64,000 bases of DNA from Octopus vulgaris (taxonomy: Eukaryota). The stretch covers positions 181,350,001-181,414,000 of the forward strand of contig OX597815.1 of NCBI GenBank assembly GCA_951406725.2, in the 5' to 3' direction. Position 1 is the first letter of the stretch. The number at the start of each line of letters is the position of its first letter. The notes below the pieces were generated by a model. That model searched no databases. It was not told where the DNA came from and saw nothing but the letters and a program-made list of their open reading frames with translations. Below are positions 31,101-44,928 of the stretch, in pieces. The position numbers were made by a program, and so were the translations under genes.

Positions 31101-32291
31101 CGTATACTTTCTCTAGATTTGAATAGCACCTATTTTTTCTACCAGTAACCTTTTAACATTCATTTATATAGGATTGTACTATTGGTCCTTATAATTTATA
31201 ATTTATAATTTTGTATCTCCATATATATATTCTATATTGATTGTTTTTGTCCTGGCTTGAAAAATATACTGAAATATATATGTATTTTGATATATACATG
31301 ATATTCTGATCTTCACGGAGTCTTCCACGGGTGTAGGGTGTATATACGCATCATATCTTAAGGCGCTGGTTCGGGTTTTTGTTATACCAATATGTAACAA
31401 ATGTGGGTCTATAATTAGTAAACGTTGTTTATTTTGGAGGAGCATATAAGTTTTAGCATGTATTTGTTTGGCAGCCTTATATATTAAGTTTATCTTTGTA
31501 CTCATCTTAATTTGTATTTTATTTTATTTATCTATTTATCTATACATGGATATATACATATATTTCTATTTATTTATTTATTTTTTTTTTTATTTCTATT
31601 TCTATTTATTTATTTATTTATTTATTCATTCTTATTCATTTATTTATTCATTTATTTATATATTTATATAATTCGTAACTATTTCTGAACATAATACTGT
31701 ATTTGTGTCACAATTGAAATTATTAATTTACATTCGTATGTACATCCGTGCACCTGTAGATCTTAATATCATGCAAACCGAATGCTTTTATTTCTTATTT
31801 TGTATGTATATACAGATATTTAATGCTTTGCATGGTACTGTAGTACTATTGTGGTCCTTAGTTTTGCTATTATATTGCTAATAATGGGATCTATATATTG
31901 TTTTGCTAGTGTTAGTGTTATTAATAATAAGAATAATGATATTGGTAGCATTAGTGGTAATGATAATGGTAATGATGTTAACATTAATGACATTTTGTAA
32001 ATTAATATAAATTAATATAATGTACTCTTGACTCTGTATATCTGCATTTGGGTATTAATATGTGTATGTTTTTTTATATTGTAATATCACAATATTAAGT
32101 TGAAAAACTGTAACATTGAATATGGAACATATGTATGTTTATAGATTTATATTATTTATATTATCATGTATGTGTATATGTATATGTATAGGAGTATGAG
32201 TATATGCACTCATATGTATATGTATATGATTTATTATGGGTATGTACCCACACTTATGTAAGTGTATATGTAATTTGGTTTGTATTTCATA

Positions 32292-32418
32292 ATCTCTGAA
32301 GAGGCCTTAGGATATTTTTGTAAATGTCTCATTCATAACTACATATTGACCTACCACACATGGCTAATATAAGTAAAATGAGACATACTTATCTGCAGGG
32401 CCGAAACAGCTGTAAGAT
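32292..32418 (+). ncRNA. Type-I hammerhead ribozyme with long stem II (mirror copies on the minus strand at ~28468-28594 and ~22877-23003)
   Basis: Stem I ATCT/AGAT, core CTGAAGA, stem II GGCCT...GGGCC, GAA, palindromic ACAGCTGT, cleavage triplet GTA. Confidence 0.8.
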
Positions 32419-32646
32419 ATAGTTTATATTTATATTTATATTTATTTATATTTATATTCTCTTATACATATTGTACTTATTGTATCATATTACTCCCTTA
32501 TGTACACTCCTTTATGTACACTGTTCTGTCATATATTATTATGTTTGACCTTAAAGTTTCTCATGTGGTGGTTTAATAAAGTATGTGATTGGGTATTATC
32601 TGGTAGTTGATATTTGATTTGGATGTATTTCTCCATTTTCTTATTT

Positions 32647-32696
<50 letters not shown>

Positions 32697-32727
32697 CAGA
32701 CATACATACATACATACAAACATACAC

Positions 32728-32760
<33 letters not shown>

Positions 32761-32875
32761 CATACATACATACATACATACATACGGCTACCATAGCGTC
32801 ATCCGCGGTACAGCCCTTAATCGCAATATTTACGTAAGGAATTCCTCGGTGCACTTTTAGTATATTGTAAATAAT

Positions 32876-33111
32876 TGATAAGGAAGACAGGATGTACTGT
32901 AAGCTTTATTTAACACGACGATCGTTTCGGCTTACATCTGTAATGCTCTCTACTGATCCATCAGGTTACATAATGATGAGGTGTTTTCTACACTGTGGGG
33001 TGCTTTCGACTTCATTATATCGTTCCTCGTCCACTAGGGAGCAGAACAGATTTAATCCGAAAATATTGTCGTCCTAAATAAAGCTTAGAGTACACTCTGA
33101 CTTCCCTATCA
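32876..33111. repeat. Short fold-back element with ~65-bp imperfect inverted arms
   Basis: TTGATAAGGAAGACAGGATGTACTGTAAGCTTTATTTA... matches the reverse complement of ...TAAATAAAGCTTAGAGTACACTCTGACTTCCCTATCAA. Confidence 0.7.
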
Positions 33112-34316
33112 AGCACTTTAAATATATATATATATACATATCTAAGTTTTATCTAAGTTTTATATATATATATATATATAAACATATATACATACATACA
33201 TACCCACAAACCCACACACATGGATATTTGACTGAGAACTACAGCTGGTACTACTTATAGATGCTTACACACACACACACACACACACACTCATACATCT
33301 CGTGTGTGTATGTGTGTGTGTGTGTGTATGTGTGTGTGTGTGTGTGTGTGTGTAAATTTACTAGCTAAATTTTTCTTTCTGGAGATCTTTTTCGATACAT
33401 TCCACCACATTTTGAAATTTTATACGAACTTTTTCTTTACTTTTTGAAATTGATCTTGCAACTCTGAACAAGTGAACCAACTTTCGAAGACATAAAACTG
33501 GTACGTGATGCGAGGGTAATACTTTATACTCACCATGCTAGAAATAACAGCCGAATCTCTCCTTGGATTATAACATACCACTGTCTCAAGTATAAAACAA
33601 ACGGGACGGTCATATTAGATTGTAACAAGAGGTTTACCGGTTTAGGGAAGCATGTTTAGATGTGTGGACCCAAGAAGGTTTGAAACGTATAAATGCATGT
33701 TTTACATAAAGGTAACGATAAAAATCAGAAGGCAATGCTTTTGGTTAACAAGCATAATTTATTCCTTGCTCACACACAAAGTAGCTGTCACAACAGAGAT
33801 AAGCGTACAAGACAACAAGATGTAGGAGGCATGAGTTAATTCCTTGATGCACATGAAGGTAGTTAGCTCCGGTACTGGGCCGCGAATCTAAATTATCCAA
33901 TGAGTTTTGAAGTGGTCGTGAGGCGAGGTAGAAATCCCACAGCGTGTTGAGCTAGACGAGCCACAAGCTCGTCGATAGTTTAGTGTCTAAATCTGAATGG
34001 GATAAAGCAAAAGCAGTGACGAAAGGGAGTCAGATGTTTACGTTCCGACATTTAGACAGCGACTGGATAAAACGCCTTTGAAAAGCGCGCCACTGTTACT
34101 CTGGTCGGAAGTCGTCATGTGTCTTCCTCTGCCGTTAGCTTTTGAAGAGCAGTGGAATGCAGCACCAATGTGCTGCTACGCTGGGGCGAAGTAATTCGAT
34201 TGCCCTGCCAATGCTACAAGATCATTTGGTCTGGAGTATACTTTATCAGAGATTAAACACCAACGACAACAACAACAACAAACGCTGCAACAGCAGTAAC
34301 TAGAACAACAACAGCA

Positions 34317-34710
34317 GGAGGCGCAATAGTCCAATGATTTGGGCAGCGGACTCGCGGTCGGAGGATCGCGGTTTCGATTTCCAGACCGGGCGTTGTACGT
34401 GTTTATTGAGCGAAAACACCTAAATCTCCACGAGGCTCCGGCAGGGGCTGGTGGCGACCCCTGTTGTACTCTTTCGCTCCAACTTTCTCTCATTCTTCCT
34501 GTTATTTGTCCCCGACTTCCTACGCAACCACTGAGCCTGGATGCGCATTCATCCATCCGTCGATGCTCTCGGTGTCGGGGGTTGACCTGCTTTCTCTTCT
34601 GCGGGTCTTACGAATAGCAAAGGACCACGTTTCGGACTTCTCCCACTACAGAGGCGCGATCTTGCGAGCTCTGGGACGAAGACTGCTTCGCTCAACAAAC
34701 AAACAAACAA
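34317..34710 (+). mobile_element. tRNA-derived SINE, family G, with (AAAC)n/(AAC)n tail
   Basis: tRNA-like head with GGTTTCGATT. A second copy lies at 50471-50794. Confidence 0.8.
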
Positions 34711-35284
34711 CAACAGCAACAACAACCAGCGAGGGACCTCCCTTTTGTTCTAGAATGTGAAAAATCATTCAACTACGGTGGTAATTGAATAATATTCTTA
34801 AGGCCGCAATTTACTCATACGCAGCATCTTCAGAGATTTGTCGCTAATACAGTTCGTAACCAAATTTAAAACTGTTAACATTTTTAAAGAGGACTGGTCC
34901 CTAGCTACATTTTAGCATTAGAAAATTGAGATTTGATCCAGTAGAAAAAAGTTTACATCAAAATTTGTAGCGACGTTATAGGAGAGTAAGTAACACCACC
35001 AATCAAGTTTAGATCTAAATAACATTTTTATTTTAAAAGGAAAATATATTTATCTTAGCTTCAATGGTAGTAGAAAGCATGAGGAATTTCATAGTTTTTG
35101 GTCTCATACAACAAAAATTTGTATCAAAAAAGTTGTAAGGTAAAATATCATGAAAAATAAATATAAATAAGGGAAAAATTGGATTTAAGTATAATTAGCT
35201 TTTTTTATTTTAAAAACAAACTATATTTTAATTAAGCTTAAATGATAGAGCTCAATTCGAGAAATTTCATGGTATAATCTCATG

Positions 35285-35683
35285 TCCGCCGAGGTCGACT
35301 TTGCCTTTCATCCTTTCGGGGTCGATTAAATAAGTACCAGTTACGCACTGGGGTCGATATAATCGACTTAATCCATTTGTCTGCCCTTGTTTGTCCCCTC
35401 TGTGTTTAGCCCCTTGTGGGTAGTAAAGAAATAGGTATTTCATATGTCTCTAAGGCGGCGAGCTGGCAGAAACGTTAGCACGCCGGGCGAAATGCGTAGC
35501 CGTATTTCGTCTGCCGTTACGTTCTGAGTTCAAATTCCGCCGAGGTCGACTTTGCCTTTCATCCTTTCGGGGTCGATAAATTAAGTACCAGTTACGCACT
35601 GGGGTCGACATAATCGACTTAGTCCGTTTGTCTGTCCTTGTTTGTCCCCTCTATGTTTAGCCCCTTGTGGGTAGTAAAGAAAT
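35285..35683 (+). mobile_element. Two adjacent SINE family C copies (5'-truncated 35285-35433 and full 35454-35683)
   Basis: Family C body and tail occur twice, flanked by GGTATAATCTCATG and GGTATCAATCTCATG. Confidence 0.85.
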
Positions 35684-36632
35684 AGGTATCAATCTCATGC
35701 AATGAAGTTTTAAAATATTAAAAAACGGTATGAGTGTTTGTTTCTCAAATTTGAATGTGATAATATAGTTCTGTATTTTTTATGAATATAGTTCTGTACA
35801 GTGGCGGACTGGCCAGGTTGCCAGCTTGCCCGATGGCAAGTGGGCCCCTGCGACATTAGAATCCACATGTTAGTATCTAGAATCCCATGTTAGTATCTAA
35901 GGGGCCCATCCCCTAAAGTTTGAGAATTTTCTATTCACTCCTAGAAGAATTTATTATTCCAGCCTGGCTGCGTTTGTAGACAGTTGAAAAGAATACTTAA
36001 AAAAATAAATTAAATTATATCACTTTAGTTGTGGGCCCCTTGTAGTTGTGAATGAACCCCAAAAGGATGAAAGGCAAAGTCGGCCTCGGCGGAATTTGAA
36101 CTCAGACCATTAAGATGGTTGAAATACCGCTAAACATTTTGCCCGGCGCGGTAACGATTCTGTCAGGTCTCCACCTTAACCCAACTTAATATTGAACCTC
36201 AAACTCATAAGTCAACATATTCGATCCAAATACCGTTTCTCATGAAACTTGAAGCACGCTATAACTTACGAAGCCAATTAATTGGTCGGATTTCCTAGCA
36301 CAGCTCTAAATTTCCTTAATTAGTAACGCTTCTAACCGATCTTATACATTTTCCTGTGTGAATGAGTGGGAAAATATTCATAAGGTCATAAGCATTATTT
36401 CTGATGTTTCTGCATATTCAGTGCATCTGTCAATATATTCTATAAATAGGTATGTTGCATTCTCTTTCAGAATATACAATTAATTACAGAAATGTACTTG
36501 TTACACGTTTTGCGATAGATTACAAATTTCTCATTAACATAACACCACAATAAAAGAAGCTTCTAAGTCGCTACTCGACCTATCTACCAAATCTCTCTCA
36601 AATAACATTCAATTCTCTCTCTCTCTTCCCCT

Positions 36633-36668
<36 letters not shown>

Positions 36669-36719
36669 TCGTTTTCTTTCTTTGTGTGTGTGTGTGTGTG
36701 TGTGTGTGTATGAAATACC

Positions 36720-36951
36720 TATTTCTTTATTACCCACAAGGGGCTAAACATACAGGGGACAAACAAGGACAGACATAGGTATTCAGTCGATTACATCGAC
36801 CTCAGTGCGAAACTGGTATTTAATTTATCGACCCCGAAAGGATGAAAGGCAAAATCGACCTCGGCGGAATTTGAACTCGGAACGTAACGACAGACGAAAT
36901 ACTGCTACGCATTTCGCCCGGCGTGCTAACGTTTCTGCCAGCTCGCCGCCT
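36720..36951 (-). mobile_element. SINE family C monomer
   Basis: Reverse complement of family C. A further partial copy lies at ~36055-36178. Confidence 0.85.
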
Positions 36952-37088
36952 TAAAAGGTGGAGACAAATAGATGAGAAAGCTGGCGATGCGGTTACATAG
37001 GATTGAAACACCTTCTATTAAGACATCTAGTATCTTAGCATAACGAAGTTACCACACGACCAAACTCCCACACCCATTGGTCGGAATA

Positions 37089-37130
<42 letters not shown>

Positions 37131-37529
37131 GATTCAGTTGAATTAGGTACTTACATTAGGTCAGAATACTATACACACACAAAAATATTATGAAAATATC
37201 AAACTTGGTGCATAAGTACCAGCCAAATGATATATTTGCCACGTATGTAGACAATTAGACGCAGCTGAGTGAAGAAACCCACTTTTGAGCTAATGTTCAT
37301 TATATTAAATATATGATCCATAATATTTATGAAGGGCAGATTCCGAGGCAGGTGAATAAAATATATGTAACTAGAGATACAGGTGTCAATCCATTACGAC
37401 CGTTTCTAACGACTCCTATAATTAATTAATGAAATTATGGAAGACTCTCAAAATAAATAATCCTCAATGAAAATTACTTTCGTTTAATAACACACACATA
37501 TATATATGTATATATATATATTATATATA

Positions 37530-38566
<1,037 letters not shown>

Positions 38567-39689
38567 GTGTATATATATACATATATGTATACACATCTCT
38601 GCCATCAAGTTCCACAAAATATTTCATCATCACCGCCATACATATTTCTATGAAATGACCCGTCGCCATTCTCTCCCTAATAACTAACAAAAACAAGATT
38701 TATCGCTGACTTGAATTTTGAGACGCCCTTTTGTCGAGTATCAATGTGTCAAAAATGATTTATTTATAACAGTATGAACACATGAAATAATATTTTGCCA
38801 CGAAAGCTAAAAGACATTTTTTCGCTGACAAATTTCACAAAATCATTAAAACCCCACCTTCTTCCAAACCAAACTCATTTGTAAACTTTATTTTATAGAT
38901 CTACAGAATTTATAACATTTGTAATATTTTATATTTCCAGACTTAAAGAGATTTAATTTTTTTATACGTTTCCGACCGCCTTGCTTGCATGCTTGCATTG
39001 TTTCTATAATTATTGACCTAATTATTTGGGGTAGAAAGGGCTCCTTAGCCGTAGTGAATCAATCTATCTAGGGAGATAACCTTACAATAAATCACTCGGT
39101 CCGTAGCTTAGAAATACTGGGTTGACGTCCAGCGGGAACAGCTTTGTTTCATGGAGGAGGAAAGATCTTTAGTACTTGTTTGTACAATGCTTTCCAATGT
39201 GTGTAGTAGTGGCGCGCGCACACATTATTAGCCATTTGAAAAGACTATGAAAGTCTCGACCATGATGATGATGATGATGATTTTTTTTTTTGACCTACAA
39301 ACTTGCCCAAATTCGCCACGCTGCCAAAGGGCTTAATCCAATTTTTTATGCAATTTCTGATAAAAAGTTTTTGTAGTCCTTACCTATTGTAATCCATAAA
39401 AAAATTAATATTTCATGTCAGTTGGATTTTTGATTGATTGATTGATTCTACAAATAATTGTATTGATTGATTCTAATAAATACATTTATTTATTATTTAT
39501 TAAAACATTACATCTTTGTAAAGAAACCGTTTTCGCCAGAAGAATTCATGAACTTCAAAATATAGGACATTTAGAATGATGTAACATAGTTTAAAATCCT
39601 CGGAGTAAAAACATTTACAGTCATTCTGCTACTGTGCCAGTTCGTAGATTCATTTATATATATACATGTGTGTGTGTGTGTGTGTTTAA

Positions 39690-40532
39690 AGAAAGAAAAT
39701 GGAGAATTATGGATGTATAAATAATTTATTTGCATGATATAAAGATGTTAAAATATTTTATCACAACAATACAAATAAATTATAAGCTGTAAAGCTCAAA
39801 AAGTAATGGCAGATGCCAAAACCCTACATATATGTTTCGGTTCATGCCCTAGGTGATACATAATTTTAAGCATTTGGTCATATTCTAAGAATTGGAATAA
39901 TTTTCAGCTATATGGAGTAATCCCTAATTGTCGAGCTAACATCCTCGAATTGTCTATATATATATAAGTATAAATAAACACACACACACATATATTAATT
40001 TTTGAGTATATAACTATGAATATAATTATAATTAAGGGTTCTAGAATGTCAGCGCCTACGATAGAAGTAGATGTGAAATACCTACAATCCACTCTAAATT
40101 TGCTCTCTATATATAAACCACAGGTCGAATGCAAGGAAATGAGCAAAAAGATTTACAAAGTTTCGGATAATTCTGTATCGCAATATTTGATGCTTTGCAA
40201 TAAAAATTGCTTTGCAATCCTCAGTGGAAATACACCAAGAAATACATGCATATACCGATAAATCCACTCGTAGATACCAACATATACATGCATTTCCCGC
40301 GTATACATTCCATTTTATACGCTAGGCCATTGATATAATCATTTTCATGATTATATCCTTAACTTATAAGAACTTAAAATTGAATAGAAGGTCTGAAAAC
40401 CACCTGATGAATGTCCTTAGAAGTGACAAGAAACAATTGTAACGGATAACTTAATTTAATTTATATAAATTTTTTATGTATTGGATTAAGTCTTTCTTTG
40501 TTTGATTTGCATAATAGTGGTTTTGTCTCTAA

Positions 40533-40540
<8 letters not shown>
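39690..40540. mobile_element. Degraded Penelope-like remnant with hammerhead motif at 40404-40441
   Basis: CTGATGA-A-TGTC..GACA-A-GAA-ACAATTGT-A on the plus strand, a degenerate GAAACATATATGTA on the minus strand near 39830, and microsatellite flanks. Confidence 0.5.
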
Positions 40541-40578
<38 letters not shown>

Positions 40579-40985
40579 AATCTCAAAAAGAGCAAATACA
40601 TAAAAAAACAACAACGCGGGGACGTGGTACATGTAATGTATTGGCGGACGCTCGGGGAAGGAAAGAAAGATCGTTTAACATTTCGAGCAGAGACTCTTCT
40701 TCGGAAACAGAAGAAAGTCTAATAGAAGGGAAGACGGAGGAAGCAAATCGCCAACGAGTCACATGTGGTTACGTTTTGATATATATATATATATATATAC
40801 TAAGCAATTAAGGGTTTAGCAACGAATTGCCTTACTCACACCGAATTTAGAAATAGCAGTCAAAGAGATTATAGCTATTTCTTCTACTAAAAGGAGATCA
40901 CAGTAAAGACACAGCATTTGAAAGGCAAACACAAACAGGTAAGAGAGAATGAATTAACGGCAATCTATCATACAGTTTTAAGTCA

Positions 40986-41077
40986 CCTACGGACGTACGT
41001 TTCGAGATCAAGTCTTAGGAAAGCATAAGAATTAGATAATTCTACCTTACCCAGACTTCTTCTCTCATCAGCGCAGG
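40986..41077 (-). ncRNA. Type-I hammerhead ribozyme (mirror copy of 41897-41988)
   Basis: Reverse complement of the 41897 motif with one substitution next to stem II. Confidence 0.85.
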
Positions 41078-41896
41078 ATACAAACAATCATGAATGATTG
41101 AATATTGAATTTTGAGATACTAGAAGGCACCAACTCAACTCAGTATCAGAGCGAGCTAGAAGCCACAGCTAGTATCACCAAATTCAAAGTATGAATGAAA
41201 GCTTGTGTCACCAGTCCCTTCCCACCCGCGTGTAGCCAAGACAAAGTGCTGTGGTCATTTACTGGGATGAATATGGTTATGAGTAACAATGAAGGGTGAA
41301 ATTAATTAATTTGGAATAATTATCAATTACACCAAGTAGTCTTCGGCATGTAAAAGCCTCATTCGAGGAAAATTTAAGTAATACTAAGCAATTAAGGGTT
41401 TAGCAACGAATTGCGTTACCGCACACCGAATTTAGAAATAGCAATTTACCTGTTTGTGTTTGCCTTTCAAATGCTGTGTCTTTACTGTGATCCCCCTTTT
41501 AGTAGAAGAAATAGCTATAATCTCTTTGACTGCTATTTCTAAATTCGGTGTGCGGTAAGGCAATTCGTTGCTAAACCCTTAATTGCTTAGTATTACTTAA
41601 ATTTTCCTCGAATGAGGCTTTTACATGCCGAAGACTACTTGGTGTAATTGATAATTATTCCAAATTAATTAATTTCACCCTTCATTGTTACTCATAACCA
41701 TATTCATCCCAGTAAATGACCACAGCACTTTGTCTTGGCTACACGCGGGTGGGAAGGGACTGGTGACACAAGCTTTCATTCATACTTTGAATTTGGTGAT
41801 ACTAGCTGTGGCTTCTAGCTCGCTCTGATACTGAGTTGAGTTGGTGCCTTCTAGTATCTCAAAATTCAATATTCAATCATTCATGATTGTTTGTAT

Positions 41897-41988
41897 CCTG
41901 CGCTGATGAGAGAAGAAGTCTGGGTAAGGTAGAATTATCTAATTCTTATGCTTTCCTAAGACTTGCTCTCGAAACGTACGTCCGTAGG
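41897..41988 (+). ncRNA. Type-I hammerhead ribozyme with canonical core
   Basis: Stem I CCTGCG/CGTAGG, CTGATGA, stem II GAGA/TCTC extended by AAGTCT/AGACTT and AGAATTA/TAATTCT, GAA, palindromic ACGTACGT, GTC cleavage triplet. Confidence 0.9.
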
Positions 41989-42369
41989 TGACTTAAAACT
42001 GTATGATAGATTGCCGTTAATTCATTCTCTCTTACCTGTTTGTGTTTGCCTTTCAAATGCTGTGTCTTTACTGTGATCTCCCTTTTAGTAGAAGAAATAG
42101 CTATAATCTCTTTGACTGCTATTTCTAAATTCGGTGTGCGGTAAGGCAATTCGTTGCTAAACCCTTAATTGCTTAGTATTACTTAAATTTTCCTCGAATG
42201 AGGCTTTTACATGTCGAAGACTACTTGGTGTAATTGATAATTATTCCAAATTAATTAATTTCACCCTTCATTGTTACTTATATATATATATATACTCTTT
42301 TACTCTTTTACTTGTTTCAGCCATCCGGCTGAGGCCATGCTGGGGCACCGCCCTTAAATATATATATAC

Positions 42370-44305
42370 GAAGACAGCATAAAATACCACTGCAGCTTTT
42401 TTATCAGAGCTGTTTTGCAAGTGGCATGCTCCCAAACAAACTGAAGGAAGAGATAATATGCCCTATCCATAAGGGAGGAGGCAGAGCAGATGATAAAGAC
42501 TATAGATCTATCTCTCTGATCTCACACATTAGCAAAGTCTTGGAACGAATAGTTCGCAAGAAACTAATCGCGTTCATTGAAGAAAATTACTTGCTATCTG
42601 ACATTCAGCATGGATTTCGACCAGCTGCCTGACACAGCTCTTGCAACATTACGATTGGGTGTTGAAATAACTGCAAAATGACTCAAGTGTGGATGTGATA
42701 AATGTCGATTTTGCAAAAGCCTTTGACCATGGTATAGTATGTCAAGAAAATTGTGTGATCTCGGCACAGTCAGAAAACTTGGATAATGGCTGCACGACTT
42801 CCTAAAAGATAGATGTCAGGCAGTGGTGGCCAATGGATCCACCTCAAAGGAAACACTGTCTTAGGGCCACTGCTATACATAGTGGCCCTCTCGGACATGC
42901 CTTCCGGTGCTCAGATAGCCACCCTTGCTAGCTATGCTGATGATACTAAAGTCTCTCAGACAATACAAAATCCTAGAAAAATTATTTTGTACTCTAGACA
43001 CAAGGCCCGAAATTTTTGGGGAAGGGGGTCCAGTCGATTAGATCGATTAAATACCAGCACGCAACTGGTATTTAATTTATCGGCCCCGAAAGGATGAAAT
43101 TCGACCTCGGCGGAATTTGAACTCAGAACATAAAGACAGATTAAATACCAATTTATTTACTACCCACAAGGGGCTAAACACAGAGGAGACAAACAAGGAC
43201 AGACAGACGAATTAAGTCGATTATATCGACCCCAGTGCGTAACTGGTACTTAATTTATCGACCCCGAAAGGATGAAAGGTAAATTCGACCTCGGCGGAAT
43301 TTGAACTCAGAACATAAGACAGATGAAATACCGCTATGCATTTCACCCGGCGTGCTAACGTTTCTGCCAGCTCGCCGCCTCAAAATCCTGGAAATATTGC
43401 GCATCTGCAACGGGAGTTGGACGCAATATACAGGTGGACTGAGGACAACAGCATGCAGTGAAATGCAGGAAAATTCCAAACCCTGCGCTACCAGTACACA
43501 AAGCTGAACGACATGCAAACAGGATACACTGGCCCAGAAGGAATTGCAATCTCTGATTCAAAATCAGTGCATGACCTGGACACTGACATCAGCAATGATG
43601 CATCTTTTCAGGTGCAAATTACCAATTTGGTAATAAAATATAGGCGGCTGGATGGATGGATCCATCGAACTTTCAAAACAAGAGAAAAGAAGAAAATAAT
43701 AATCCTGTGGAGGGCATACGTGCTCAGCCGCTTGGACTACTTCTTCCGAGTATGGTGACCACTCAATATAAGATTAACGGCGGGACTCGAAGGAATCCAA
43801 CGAAGCTACACGTAAAAAAAATCGTCTCACTTCAACGTATCAGCTACTGGAAAAGACTGAAAGGGTTAAAACTTTTCTCCTTAGAACGAAGGCGGGAAAG
43901 ATATGCAGCGATATACATCTGGCAAATCGTGGAAGGCCTAGTACCAAATTTAGGCATTGAAAGTTACACAAATTCAGAACGGCGTACCACTGCATAGTGC
44001 CAAAGATCCCAGCATCTCCATCAAAATACAAGACCAGATACTGCAACAACTTGGGTTTCAAGAGCACACAGCTCTTCAATAACCTTTCAAAATGCCTGAG
44101 AGACCTGCATGGTGTGGATGTAAGTGCCTTCAAAACAAAACTTCCATATGAGCCTACCTCACGGCAGGAAAAACAGATGAGGGTAGCGGCATCAAACTCT
44201 CTCATTCACCAAATTCCACATAGCAGAGGAGGTTTCAAATAATGGTGTAGCACAGCGAACAGTGGTGCCCTAGCACGACCGCAGCTTTGAAGCCGAAACA
44301 ATTTA
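42370..44305 (+). mobile_element. CR1-group LINE remnant (RT domain to 3' tail), interrupted by a SINE dimer
   Basis: ICPIHKGG..DYRSISLISHISKVLE..QHGFR, VDFAKAFD, TVLGPLLY, YADDTKV and LFSLERRRERY, with many stops and frameshifts. Confidence 0.9.
42984..43380 (-). mobile_element. Dimeric SINE family C (tail C plus tail D) with 18-bp TSD
   Basis: Flanked by CAAAATCCTAGAAAAATT and CAAAATCCTGGAAATATT, with the same architecture as 7038-7440. Confidence 0.85.
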
Positions 44306-44329
44306 AAGATTTATACATACATATGTATA

Positions 44330-44406
<77 letters not shown>

Positions 44407-44431
44407 CATACATATATATATATATATACAT

Positions 44432-44523
<92 letters not shown>

Positions 44524-44568
44524 GTGTACTTACATATAAGAGAAGTGTACGTACGCCGCTATATATAT

Positions 44569-44604
<36 letters not shown>

Positions 44605-44606
<2 letters not shown>

Positions 44607-44928
44607 CTAGTTTCAGCTCAGAGCTGCGGCCATGCTGATGCACCGCCGTTTTGTGCTACACTGTTATTACGACGAACCTCGTCTAATATGTGGCACTTGG
44701 TGAAGAATGAAGTTTGATACAGCTACTCTCATTTGCACCTCTTGCCGTGAGGTAGGTTCATCTGGGACTCTTGACAGGAAGATGTCCAGCTTTGATTTAA
44801 AAACCGCTACATCTACTTTGTGCAAGTTCCTCAGACTCTTTGGGAGAATATTAAAAAGCTGTGGGCCCTTGAAACCCAGGCTGTTGCGGAAGCTAGTCCT
44901 GAAGCGTGATGGCATTGCTGGGATCCCA
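44605..44928 (-). mobile_element. 3' end of a second CR1-group LINE copy with poly(A) tail
   Basis: SLGFKGPQLFNILPKSLRNL..FKSKLDIFLSRVPDEP is homologous to 43997-44242. The tail is followed by an A-run. Confidence 0.85.

Larger units (their letters stand above)
28070..32650 (+). mobile_element. Penelope-like element: inverted 5' arm, 5'-truncated ORF and 3' arm, flanked by (TA)n
   Basis: 28245-30177 is the reverse complement of 31329-32650, with the right arm lacking ~650 bp. A GIY-YIG ORF lies between the arms and each arm has a hammerhead. Confidence 0.9.
40798..42278. mobile_element. Non-coding hammerhead-containing element: ~585-bp unit as ~1.1 copies (minus) plus ~1.4 copies (plus), inverted about 41444 and flanked by (TA)n
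   Basis: ACTAAGCAATTAAGGG at 40799 and 41383, TTACCTGTTTGTG at 41446 and 42032. The arms are near-identical reverse complements. Confidence 0.85.

Noticed and set aside
30001-31505. Twin ORFs starting MSTKINLIYKAAKQ on opposite strands
   Set aside because: They are a by-product of the Penelope inverted arms and have no domain features.
33780-34250. GC-balanced unique block, possibly a LINE 5' UTR or HDV-like ribozyme
   Set aside because: I could not assemble a convincing pseudoknot or ORF by eye.
34615-34640. GAAACGTGGTC on the minus strand of SINE G as a hammerhead
   Set aside because: No upstream CTGANGA core was found.
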